Positions 11,910-24,331 of a stretch of DNA of 64,000 nt are shown piece by piece; positions within the stretch are counted from its first letter, which is position 1; each line of letters begins with the position of its first letter. A program made the translations under genes and the position numbers. Under the pieces are notes generated by a model, which ran no database searches, was not told the origin of the DNA, and saw only the letters and a list, made by a program, of their open reading frames with translations. The DNA is taken from NCBI GenBank assembly GCA_950097015.1, contig CATNEN010000001.1, positions 13,206,001 to 13,270,000 of the forward strand. The letters are read 5' to 3'. The stretch is from Macrostomum hystrix (taxonomy: Eukaryota > Animalia > Platyhelminthes).

Positions 11910-14900
11910 ATGGGATTGACGGTGTTGGCTGCTCTGCTGCTTGTTTGCACCACCGGTGAGTACTGCTGCTGCTGCTTTCGTCTGGGGGAAAATCTTTAGC
12001 CAGTACTGCCACTGCACAATGAGGCTACTGCAGTGTGGATCGCTGACCAGCTCAGAACAGGTAGTGAAGTAGCTGCTGCTGAAGCTAGTAGGTGCTTCAC
12101 CAACCGGTTCTCTGGATGGCTTCCATCGATTAACGAGAAAAATACAAATTGCAGGAGGGCTGCGGGCAATGGCACATCATTTGGTGACAGTAGACCCAGA
12201 GCCAGCGAGGAGGCAATTCTGCCCGTTTCGCTGACTCTTGAGTACACAAGCACACAGTTACCGTACGCAGGCACACACTCACACAGGGTGTGTACATCTG
12301 CCAAATTTCTTTCATCGTCTGGCAGTGTACACACTCACTGTGTCTTGGAGCTTGGAATGTGGCGAATGGTGCCCAGGACCTTGGTACGAAGGGCATGCGT
12401 GTTAGACAGCATGCCTCTCAGCCCCGGCTTCCATCTGAAGAGAGTTTTTTTAAGGGCTCGGAATTTGTTGCTGCTGAAAAATCTGCTATCCACGAGTTCC
12501 TATAAATTTTGGCAATGTCTCTCGCAGAAGCGCAGCTTATCGAGTTTCGTACGTGTTCTTTCACCCCGCAATGTGATGCAGTGACGCAAGCTGCTACTGG
12601 AAGGCGATTCGAACTTGAGACCAGCGGCTTCATCGCCCTGAATGACTCGGTGAGCAGTTGTCTGGTCAACCAGTCCGGGTTCCGCTCGGCTGCCGAGTGC
12701 CTGTACTGGTGCGATGACAGAGGCTGCGCTGCCGCACTGCTGAATGAGACCAGCCGCGTCTGCCAGATGCTCGTCATCAACGATGAGTCATCGGGTCAGC
12801 CTGGGCCGAACGGCAGTCACGTGACGAGGCCGCTGGGCTCGCCAACCGATGGAGCCGTGAGGCTGTGGAAGGCGGATGACTTCGAGCAGCAGCTTCGGTC
12901 GCGACTTTTCTGGCGAGTTTTTGAGAGTGAGTCAGTTGAAATCTGGTATAGAAAAATCCCAGCGGGAGGCTGTGGCTCCATAGAAGACCAGAAGCAATTC
13001 GCAGCTGATACTGGGATTGGGATTTTGGAATGGAGTTTGGGTTGTGGGAAAATGACGTGTGTTTGACAAGGCGCGTTTATGGTGCGTATTTATTGATTAG
13101 CAAGTTCAAAGGTTCTAAACGAAACTGAAAGTAGGCTCGAGGTCTTAAGACATCGCCGTTGGCGCGCAACCATGAGGTGAGTGGGTCTGCTATAAACTCG
13201 AATGCGGTGCCCGACACTACTGTCTCCAGTGTTTTTGGCAAACGCCAAATCGTGTGAATACGGTTCTGAGGCAATGTATGACGGAATCGGTTGCCCGGTC
13301 GCGGCATGGGAAGGCCTCTATCCAACGTGAGAAAGAGTCCAGGATGACAAAATGTTATCAGTGTTATTTACGTAGGCCCAATCCATATGAATGCGCGCTG
13401 GAATGGGGTAGCCTGACGGTGACCAAAGATCACTGTCTTGACCATTATGTGGGTGTAGCTGATTGCAGCCGGGGCAACGCTGCACGAGTTTGGTGACGTC
13501 TGGAACAGAGAAAAACCATGCTATTTTTGCCCTGGGAAAAGTCCAGGGGTGCATTTCAAATACCCGCTGCCGTTTTCACAAAAGCTACCAAACCGAATGA
13601 CAGTCTAGCATCTGAATAAAAATTCACACCCTTTACGATGAACTAACTAACTGAACAAGATATTTAGCAAGTCTTGTCGAAGACCCTGATGACACGGACA
13701 ACTAACATTGTTCTGTGTGAACCTCTATAGCGAATCCCTACTAGCTAAAAACATCAACACAATACAATATAGTGAGCATTAATAACCGACATGGTTTCAT
13801 GATGAAATTTTGTGAGCAGAAAAATGCTGCCTATATTGTTGGCTTTTGCCACCAGAATCTTCGACGAGAATTCTGGAATTTGTGAGTCTAGAAGTTGTTT
13901 CATCAGCTAGAGTGCCGTGTTCTGGATTACCAAGGCGATTGGTTAAATATTTTAGGAGATGCAGAAGGAAGAAAAATCTGGGTATTTGAAGTACCCCATG
14001 TCTTTCGAATGTTAAAGGAAACGGGAAGATAATTTAATTAACGCCCTTGACCCAACTGTACCAGCTTGAGCTTGTGGAGAGAACGTTGGCACTTGAAAAG
14101 TTTGTAGTTGAAACCATAGCAAACGAACTTGTAGGGAAAAGTACAACAGAGAGGGATCGACCGATAACAATAATAGAAGTATAAAATGAGACCAACGCTA
14201 AAACGAGGCAGCTGGGCTCGGCAGCCGACAAAGCCGTGAGGCTGTGGAAGGCGGAGGACTTCGAGCAGCAGCTTCTATCCAGAGGCTTCAGAATGGTGCT
14301 CACCAGTGAGTTCATGCGAGTCGAAAACCCAAGCACTCATGGGCTTTTAGAAATTTTCTTGAAACGCCTTCTTGAATTAATGATTTCTAGCCTTGTACAA
14401 CGGCAGCAGTTCTTGTTTTTCATTAAGCCACAAACCATGCTTTTGTATTATTATATTTCTCAGAGACCCCATTGGCTTCGCTCGTTTCTCGACCTTGTCA
14501 TAATGATCAATATGGTTTTCACTGCAGCTGACTGCTTGCTCAAGCTGAGCTGCTACACAGTTTTTGCTCATTCCGTTTGAAGCGCAATTAAAGTGAGAGC
14601 ATATTCATCCACTTGACCTGAGTCAGGTTAGCAGGCGATCTCTCACACTGTCGCATGCCGCTCCGACTCACCAAACAGACAGCAGCTCCGGCCGGAACGG
14701 ATCGGTTCAGCTCTTCTCCGTGCCGTTCGCTGCCTGCTTCCGCATCGAGGCCTTCGGAGCTGGTGGGGGCAACGCGTCGATGATAGGTGGCAGGGGCGCC
14801 TCGGCCGCTGGGAGCTTCTGGCTCGCCGCTGGCACCCGACTGGACATTGTGGTCGGACAGGCTGGTGGAAACTCGAAATGCGGTTCTGGAGCTGGTGGTG

Positions 14901-16464
14901 GCGTTGGCAGCTTCGTGTACATCAGCAACGGCACTGGCAGTCCTCGGCTGCTCCTGGCTGCTGGAGGAGGAGGCGGGGCGTCATCGTTTGGTAAGTGAAC
15001 AGAGGCCCTGAAGAAAGTGTGCAGTTCAAAAATGTTTATTTCTCTCTTAACAGAGTTAGAAAAAGCTGCAAGTTTTTACTTGTGAGTGACCGCAATGGTT
15101 AAGTCTGTGCCATCTCAGGGCTCATAATGCAGCCTTTGTAGGCCCAGAGCTCAAGCATTCACTGAATGAGCCTCAGCGACTGGTGCAGTCCCTCCAGGTT
15201 CAGCCAGGGTCACAGATAGCAGAGCAGGATCAGCAGTTGCAGCGTCTGTGGCCAGGAGTTGCTGGGCAGGAAGGACCGTAGATGTCGAGGGCTCTGATTG
15301 GCAGGCGTCACATTCAATGGACTTGAACTTTCAAAGCTGCAGTGCAGCAGATTTAGACAGAAGCAACATGGAGAGCAAATCCAAATCGGACATTTGCATC
15401 CTCCTATCCAATGATAACTCCTCGAATGCAATTCTAGAGACTTTCGTGGAGCAACATGGAGAGCGAATCCTGGCTGACAAGCGGTTATTCTGTAAATTTA
15501 ATTCTCTTCATTAGCCATCCAAAGCAGTTTGACGAAAAATTGCCAATCAAGAAAATAGGAGCAACGATTTCATCGCGCCAAAACTTGGCTGTTTAAAACA
15601 TTTTCACTGAACACAGAAAAAGTACACTCTATTTCAGCTACTCAGTCCATCGTGAGTATTGAGTAGTATCAGCAGGGTTTTAGCAGACAGATTCGAGGCA
15701 GTTGGAGGACAGATCTGCGCATGCTCGAAGAACTCGGAGATCCGCAGATAGGTGTGAAATTCATGAGATAAAGAATTGAGCAGCTCATATTCGTACTAGC
15801 GTAGATTATTTTAGAACTACTGAAAGTGAAAATTGGCTTGTCCGCCAGTTTTACAGACTTTCAGCAATAAATTAGAAAACTGGCAGCTCACCAAGCGGTG
15901 TGACACCTGAGCTGATTGACAGAAACCATGGAAACCAATGGCGTGTCCGCTGAAATCCCAGATGGCGTGAGTGGCGACGGAGGCATCAACGGCACGGACA
16001 GCTGGCCGAAGAACGACTGGACTGGCGCTGGAGGAGCTGCCGGTCGTCCGGGTCTGGTGGCTCCCAATCGCTGGAACTTCTTCTACTCGTGCGGCGGTGC
16101 CGGCGCCGGCTGGCTCGGCTCGGCCCAGCCCAGCAACGAGTCCTTCGCTGATCCCGGAGGTCCCGGTCTGAGCCGCATCGACGGCTGGCTCGGCGGAGCT
16201 CGCAACTCCTCCTGCCCCACTGGCGACGGCGGCTTCGGTGGAGGTGGCGCTGGCGGCGGCTGCTGCGTTGACAGTCGCATCGGTGCTGGCGGCGGAGGCG
16301 GCGGATTCAGCGGCGGAGGCGCCAGCTCATACTCATACCACTCGGGAGGCGGCGGCGGCTCTTTCTGCAGCGGCTTCGTCTGCGCCACCGCCACCGGCGC
16401 CAACTCGGAGCCGCAGGGCCGCGTGCTGCTGAGCAAGTCTGGCGCCTGCGTCTGTTTTCATTAA
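11910..16464 (+). CDS. Secreted PAN/apple + ALK/LTK-like glycine-rich protein, copy 2 (exons 11910-11955, 12582-12926, 14679-14990, 15962-16464)
   Basis: Three GT-AG introns, all phase 1, splice into an open frame: MGLTVLAALLLVCTTVTQA (signal peptide), a PAN-like Cys pattern (SAAECLYWC..RGCAAALLN....CQM), then the Gly-rich domain. An in-frame upstream ATG is at 11853. Confidence 0.85.
12963..13668 (-). mobile_element. Insertion containing a frameshifted Ty3/gypsy-like integrase fragment
   Basis: Absent at the paralogous site (~25393). Minus strand gives CPGC..W..P..RIHMDWA / VILDSFSRWIEAFP..ATDSVIHCLRTVFTRFG / TVVSGTAFEF..WLRANG, matching the zinc-finger end and catalytic core of retroelement integrases. 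Confidence 0.75.
14203..14305 (+). pseudogene. Orphan 3' end of exon 2 from another paralog, inside intron 2 of copy 2
   Basis: TRQLGSAADKAVRLWKAEDFEQQLLSRGFRMVLT followed by A|gtgagt, homologous to the end of exon 2. No in-frame acceptor seen. Confidence 0.85.
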
Positions 16465-18193
16465 AAGTACTGTTTTATTCTCCACAGATACTGTTTATTC
16501 AACACAAATACTGTTTGTTCAACACAAATACTGTTTATTCAACGCAAATACTGTTTATTCAACACAAATACTGTTTATTCAACATAAATACTGTTTATTC
16601 AACACAAATACTGTTTATTCAACACAAATACTGTTTATTCAACACAAATACTGTTTATTCAACACAAATACTGTTTATTCAACACAAATACTGTTTATTC
16701 AACACAAATACTGTTTATTCACCAGAAATACTGTTTATTCAACACAAATACTGTTTATTCAACACAAATACTGTTTATTCAACACAAATACTGTTTATTC
16801 AACACAAATACGGTTTATTCAACACAAATACTGTTTATTCAACACAAATACTGTTTATTCAACACAAATACTGTTTATTCAACACAAATACGGTTTATTC
16901 AACACAAATACGGTTTATTCAACACAAATACTGTTTATTTAACACAAATACGGTTTATTCAACACAAATACTGTTTATTTAACACAAATACTGTTTATTT
17001 AACACAAATACTGTTTATTCAACACAAATACTTTTTATTCAACACAAATACGGTTTATTCAACACAAATACTTTTTATTCAACACAAATACTGTTTATTC
17101 ACCACAAATACTGTTTATTCAACACAAATACTGTTTATTCAACACAAATACTGTTTATTTAACACAAATACTGTTTATTCAACACAAATACTGTTTATTC
17201 AACACAAATACTGTTTATTCAACACAAATACTGTTTATTCAACACAAATACTGTTTATTCAACACAAATACTGTTTATTCAACACAAATACTGTTTATTC
17301 AACACAAATACTGTTTATTCAACACAGATACTGTTTATTCAACACAAATACTGTTTATTCAACACAAATACTGTTTATTCAACACAAATACTGTTTATTC
17401 AACAGAAATACTGTTTATTCAACACAAATACTGTTTATTCAACACAAATACTGTTTATTCAACACAAATACTGTTTATTCAACACAAATACTGTTTATTC
17501 AACACAAATACTGTTTATTTAACACAAATACTGTTTATTCAACACAAATACAGTTTATTCAACACAAATAATGTTTATTTAACACAAATACTGTTTATTC
17601 AACACAAATACAGTTTATTCAACACAAATAATGTTTATTCAACACAAATACTGTTTATTCAACACAAATACTGTTTATTCAACACAAATAGTGTTTATTC
17701 AACACAAATACTGTTTATTCAACACAAATACTGTTTATTCAACGCAAATACTGTTTATCCAACACAAATAGTGTTTATTCAACACAAATACTGTTTATTC
17801 AACACAAATACTGTTTATTCAACACAAATAGTGTTTATTCAACACAAATACTGTTTATTCAACACAAATACTGTTTATTCAACACAAATAGTGTTTATTC
17901 AACACAAATAGTGTTTATTCAACGCAAATACTGTTTATTCAACGCAAATACTGTTTATTCAACGCAAATACTGTTTATTCAACACAAATAATGTTTATTC
18001 AACACAAATACTGTTTATTCAACACAAATACTGTTTATTCAACACAAATACTGTTTATTCAACACAAATAGTGTTTATTCAACACAAATAGTGTTTATTC
18101 AACACAAATACTGTTTATTCAACACAAATAGTGTTTATTCAACACAAATAGTGTTTATTCAACGCAAATACTGTTTATTCAACGCAAATACTG
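16465..18193 (+). repeat. 20-bp satellite (AAATACTGTTTATTCAACAC)n, array 2
   Basis: About 86 highly homogeneous units abutting the copy 2 stop codon. Confidence 0.97.
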
Positions 18194-18598
18194 TAAAACT
18201 GCACAGGTTGATAAACGAGCTCGTTTTTATTAGAATTTCGACGGGAACAAAGCAGGGGATGCGATTCGGCAAGTAATTTACCGGTGCTACAAAATTAAAG
18301 CTAAAAAATAAAAAAAATAGCTTTTAGTTCGGTTCTGTGATTTATCAATTCTAGATTAAGAATTGTCATTAAAATTAGTAAGAAAAATACAACTGTATAA
18401 CTGTATTGAAATTTAAAATAAATTAAAATATTATTATTGACTCGCCGTTGCCAGCTAAAGAGGATTTCTGCACCAGCCCAGTTACAACGGTGGAACATAT
18501 TTTATTTGCAATTAAATTTAAACAAGGATTTAAAGTCTCGAATCCTAGTAAACGCTCGTAAACTTTTCAAATCAGACACCAGCACTGGTTTCAACGGG

Positions 18599-18952
18599 TG
18601 AGTTTGGCTGACACACGACTGGACATTGTGGTCGGACAGGCTGGCGGCGACACAGGCTGCGGATTCGGCGCAGAGAGTGGCGGCGGCAGCTTCGTGTACA
18701 TCAGCAACGACGCCGGCAGTCCTCGGCTGCTCCTGGCTGCTGGAGGAGGCGGAGGGGATCTTGAAATTATGGTAAGTGAACTAAATAACTGCTTGTGAAT
18801 CCAGTTAATCACTGTTGCTTAAATCGAGTCCCATTGAATCGCATTGGAATCTCCTGTCTGATGAGCACGCCAAGTTGATGATACCGTGTCAAATTTCAGG
18901 CGGCTTGAATGGTTCAAGCGGAACCAATGGCACGGACAGCTGGCCAAAGGGC
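18599..18952 (+). pseudogene. Truncated glycine-rich gene pseudocopy B
   Basis: Near-identical duplicate of 6632-6985. Confidence 0.85.
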
Positions 18953-18954
18953 AG

Positions 18955-19922
<968 letters not shown>

Positions 19923-20336
19923 GGTTTCAAAACAAGAGAACAGGGAGCTCGGAGAATTTCAGAGCAGTCTCACAGCTGCCAGCCGGCCTGAATTGCAGAT
20001 CGCACCGAAGGATCTGGAGCCGGAGCTGCAGCCGCTGATTCCACCGCACTGCAAGGAGTTGTACTACAACAAGGGCCTTTGAAGGCAAGCCTACTTCGAA
20101 GTTAATGAGTGTGCGCGTGGCTACATAGTTAGAAGATTGGTTGCCATGGCTTCATTAGTAATTACACTAGCAGTTTTTTCCTATTTCATTAGTAAATTCC
20201 TGACGTTTTTCATCATGCATCGACTTTGACGCTTTGTCATCGTTTTTAACCTTTTAACCATCGAAATTGAATAGCCATGCTAATTATTTTGATTATAGCC
20301 CTCAATAAAATAAACGGCTTCATTCACGGGCTTCTA

Positions 20337-21096
20337 CTTCTACTTCGAACAAGGTTGCTCGCGTCAATTGTGCCAAGCAAATACGTCGGATTTTTCATAC
20401 CGAGGGCATGACCAGCTTCTGCAACAAGTACGTGGTGGAGGACGAGACGTGGGTGTACCTTAAAAACACTGGTACACGGCAGAACAACCGGTGCTGGCTG
20501 GGTCAAGGCGACCATCGACCTCAAGTTGTGAGACACTCAGTCGGGGACCCAAAGACAATGCTGGTAGTCGCTTTCACCCCAAGCAAGAGATTCTCTATCA
20601 TGTCAACGGCGCCAAAGCAGACTGTTGATGCCAATCGCATCGTTGAATTCGTTCGACACACAGGTGACCTATGGCGGAGCCTCAGATCACAGCCAATTCA
20701 TTTGTCCGAAGTCTTGTGGCAGTGGGACAACGCACGACCTCATGTGGCCCAGCCTGTGCAGCAGTACATGGAGACTCGTGGAGTTCAACTGCTTTTTCAG
20801 AGTCCCTACAGCCCTGATTTCAATTTATGCGACCGTTTTTTCTTCAATTGGCTGAAATCGGACTTCTCGAAGCGGGAGTTCAGCAGCCACGATGAGGTCC
20901 GCGAGGCCGCGTTGCAGTGGGCGAGGGGTCTGGATGCAAACTGCTTGAAACGCGAGGTTCTACGGCTCGTGGAGCACTGCCAATCTGTGATTGACTTCAG
21001 GGGAAATTACATTACTGATTAGTAAAGTTTCACTGTTCTGCGCGTTTTTATAATTAACCTTTTGTAGTTTTCTCATGACTTTCCGGACACCCGGAG
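20337..21096 (+). mobile_element. Mariner (DD34D) transposon, 5'-deleted; catalytic domain open to the stop at 21022
   Basis: VVEDETWVY...WQWDNARPH...SPYSPDFNLCD with 34 residues between the 2nd and 3rd Asp. Flanked by TA on both sides. The empty site is at ~8456 in the paralogous unit. Confidence 0.92.
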
Positions 21097-21381
21097 TATA
21101 TATAGCATCTTAAATGCTAATGGGTGCTACATACCGAAGTCCTTGGTTTTGTATGCTAGAAGGTGCAGGATCGATAAAGTGAAGCTTCTTTGGGTCCGCA
21201 ATAAGTTTATGTTTTTATGATTCTAGGAAAACGATCTGTGAAATCTTTTTGCTAAAGTGCCTTCTGTGATTTCCGATTGTGTCGGATCATTTAAAGATTA
21301 GAAAGCTGCATGGCTGCTAATAAAACATATCCTATATTTCTCCTGGGTCTCACACTGTCTGAGACTACTACCATAGAAAAT

Positions 21382-21682
21382 TAATAATACTTGATTACAC
21401 CTGCCCCAATTGGGCCAGATGTGCAGCCGACAGCACAGCCGCAGCTATTGCGTGGCGCATCTGAAAGCTGCGTACAGCTGTTCAGTCCATGGACTGTGGG
21501 GACGCCACACCCACCTTCAATTATCCCAGCTGATGCTGGCACCCATTTAACAGCTGAGTGAACTGAAGCAATGCAGAGTTAAGTGTCTTGCTAAAGGACA
21601 CAATTTGTTCCAGTGGAGTCTGGAATCGAACCCCCAACCTTCAAGTCGTGAGTCCGACGCCTAACCACAAGGCTACAACCTC
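21382..21682 (-). mobile_element. tRNA-derived CORE-like SINE, full length
   Basis: Reverse complement matches 43076-43385 including head, core and 3' domain. Confidence 0.9.
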
Positions 21683-21883
21683 TTACTACGACAAAACAAT
21701 AGTCGATTAGCAAGAGATAGAAAAGCATTTTCAATTTTTAGCTATCCATTGACCTTAAAATAAGCTCCCAACCTGTTTTATTAACTGGTGCCAAAGCGGA
21801 AAGATCAAACAGGTGTTACATAACATGAAACGCAACGCCAGAAAAATGTAAACGTTTGTCAATTTTAAAACTGTAATCAGCTT

Positions 21884-22050
21884 CGGATCACAAAATATTT
21901 TGGAGCACGCAATGCTCCCACAAACTGTGCACCTCTCGTTGTAATGCCTCATCATTGACCTCGCAATTGGTATTTGGGTATGACACGTGCTGCTCAAAGT
22001 CTTGCTTAATCCAGTTGAAGAGAAGCCTGTCACACAGGTGCAGCCAGGTG
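21884..22050 (-). mobile_element. Decayed mariner relic (duplicate of 9235-9400)
   Basis: LHLCDRLLFNWIKQDF...LQREVHSLWEHC. Confidence 0.65.
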
Positions 22051-22578
22051 CAGCAATGTGATGTGTCTTTGCCCCTAAATAGGCCCAAATATAGAAGTGG
22101 AAGAAGTTTTCCTTACCGTTCGGGCTTCGGTACAAGGGCTGACATTGCTGCCTTGAATGACTCTAGCAGATAAAACTCAATCTTGAATCCAGTTCCTTCC
22201 AAATATCGTCTCCATTTTCGGTGAGCTGTGTGATGTACCTTTGTTGCAGTAGAGATACGATTTTTAAGAATTATGAAACACACTAAGTGATTTCAATGAT
22301 CAACCACCATTGGTGAACCTGATTAATCTAACGACCATTGCCGGTAAACTTTTAGGAAAAATAGCAAGCGACGCGTATTAAGTTTTGATTCGCTTACGAT
22401 CGCTTGTGTTCTGGGTTTCTGGGTGCAGTTCATGCTGGATCAGTGCTTGGATCAGCACCAGGGACCATGAAATTTTATAAAGAATCTAGTCTATGTCAGC
22501 TGTCCATGGGTAAATTATCTGTGAACTTTATTCATGGTGCAAGCAGACAGCAGATCTTTGTCAGGGCTCTGTCTTAAG

Positions 22579-22906
22579 CGGATCCAGACAATCGGCTCAT
22601 TGCCTGGAGAGAGACCACCGCTGATGCCGAGTCCTAATTGGAGATCTGCAAGCAAGCTGGTCTGAAAGGCGTCTCTTGTCATAGCGATGTCCTGCTTCAG
22701 TCTTTTAGTTCTGATTCGAATCCCTTCGCAACAGCTCAAAGTCCTTCCAGATCTCGGAGGCCGGCTTGAAGGATGCCATAACTGCTCCGGCTGCGGGTTC
22801 GAGAACCCCTGCACTCCAGTTGCCGACTGAATTGTTTAGCCTCTCCAGTGCGCGTCTCAGGATCGCAGCTTCAGCATCGGACGAGTTCAAACCGCTCACA
22901 ATGGTT
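22579..22906 (-). pseudogene. Collapsed relic of the large surface-protein gene (duplicate of 9930-10257)
   Basis: Same patchwork of segments. Confidence 0.9.
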
Positions 22907-23515
22907 TCTTCAGCCCTAGCTGACTGAAAATCCCTGCTGAATGTAGTCGCCCAGTACAGGTGAGCCTCACACTGTATGACAAAGAATAGCCAGCAACAGG
23001 GCAAAAGGAATGTACTTTAAGAAACATGAGACTGGTCTGGCTTACTTTGTGTAAATTGGGTACTCATGATGATGAGCAAGAAGCAGTGCTGATTTTGGAC
23101 CCATAAGACGTCTGATCGACTGCCTAAGGCTGCACGAGGTGCATGGTCTAACTAAGGAAACTGTGCTGCATTTCTTCGTCAGAGATGGGCCAAGTCAGGA
23201 CCAAATTTTGAGATGTCTCAATGAGATGTCTTGGACCTGAAATACAAGCTAGAAGTAGGTAAAAATCTTTGAAATTAAAGAAAGGAAATGTTTAAACCTA
23301 TTTTTAATTGCATGCTTCAAAAAAATGTTCTCACACACTCCCTGTTTTCAGAGAATGTCAACAGGTCGTCGGTAACAGATTCGACTAGAACTGAGTGGGT
23401 GGAAACAATGATGAAGGCGATGAAGCTGCTTGGATTGGAAAGTGTCAGTTGAGACGCGGAACTCTGCCAAATTCCTTATAAATTTCAGCTGAGCAGCAAC
23501 CACTGTCAGCGCATG

Positions 23516-23798
23516 AAAACCTAGCAACTCGACTCAAACCCTAGCAACTCGACTCGAACCCTAGCAACTCGACTGAAACCCTAGCAACTCGACTCAAACC
23601 CTAGCAACTCGACTCAAACCCTAGCAACTCGACTGAAACCCTAGCAACTCGACTCAAACCCTAGCAACTCGACTCAAACCCTAGCATCTCGACTCAAACC
23701 CCAGCAACTCGACTCAAACCCTAGCATCTCGACTCAAACCCCAGCAACTCGACTCAAACCCTAGCATCTCGACTCAAACCCCAGCAACTGGACTCAAA
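23516..23798 (+). repeat. 20-bp minisatellite (AAACCCTAGCAACTCGACTC)n, ~14 units
   Basis: Directly visible. Confidence 0.96.
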
Positions 23799-24331
23799 TG
23801 CACCGGCTAGCGAACAGTCGAGCCTAGACTCGAAGAGCAGATCCGAAAGAAGCGAAAGCAACTACGACTTCAATTTCATGGCTGTTTAACCAGCTCATAA
23901 CTCTACTATGTCCTATCAAGCATTGACTGCTTGCGAATCTGGGAGTAGCGAATAGTTAAAAATGGAAGTCAAACAGCAGCTACTTTCAGTGCTGTTTGCT
24001 GCTGCCTGTGGGAATTCTCCTTTGACGGTTCTGCCTTGCGAGGGCCTCTGGGCCCGCTCTGCTCAAACAGAAGGCAATCACGCCACTGCAATGCATTGTT
24101 TCAGTGGCAGAAAATGTAGGACTGTTCCAGATTTGCTTAGAAGGCTTGCAAATAAAGTTCCATTAACTTTCAGCAGTTCCTATTTCGCAGATGAAATTCA
24201 ACTCCATTTGATGCTGGGACCCCGACAACTCAAGGCTATTTAATGCGTATAGCAGAGACCGCTTACCTGCCTTCATGCAGTCGAACTCTGACACCACCAG
24301 AGTCCGATTTGAGCTGACTGCGAAATTCACA

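Noticed and set aside
12898-14634. Alternative intron 2 using CG|gtcgcg and gcag|gcgatc
   Set aside because: In frame, but the donor is weak. The A|gtgagt donor at 12926 is canonical and positionally conserved in the orphan exon at 14305.
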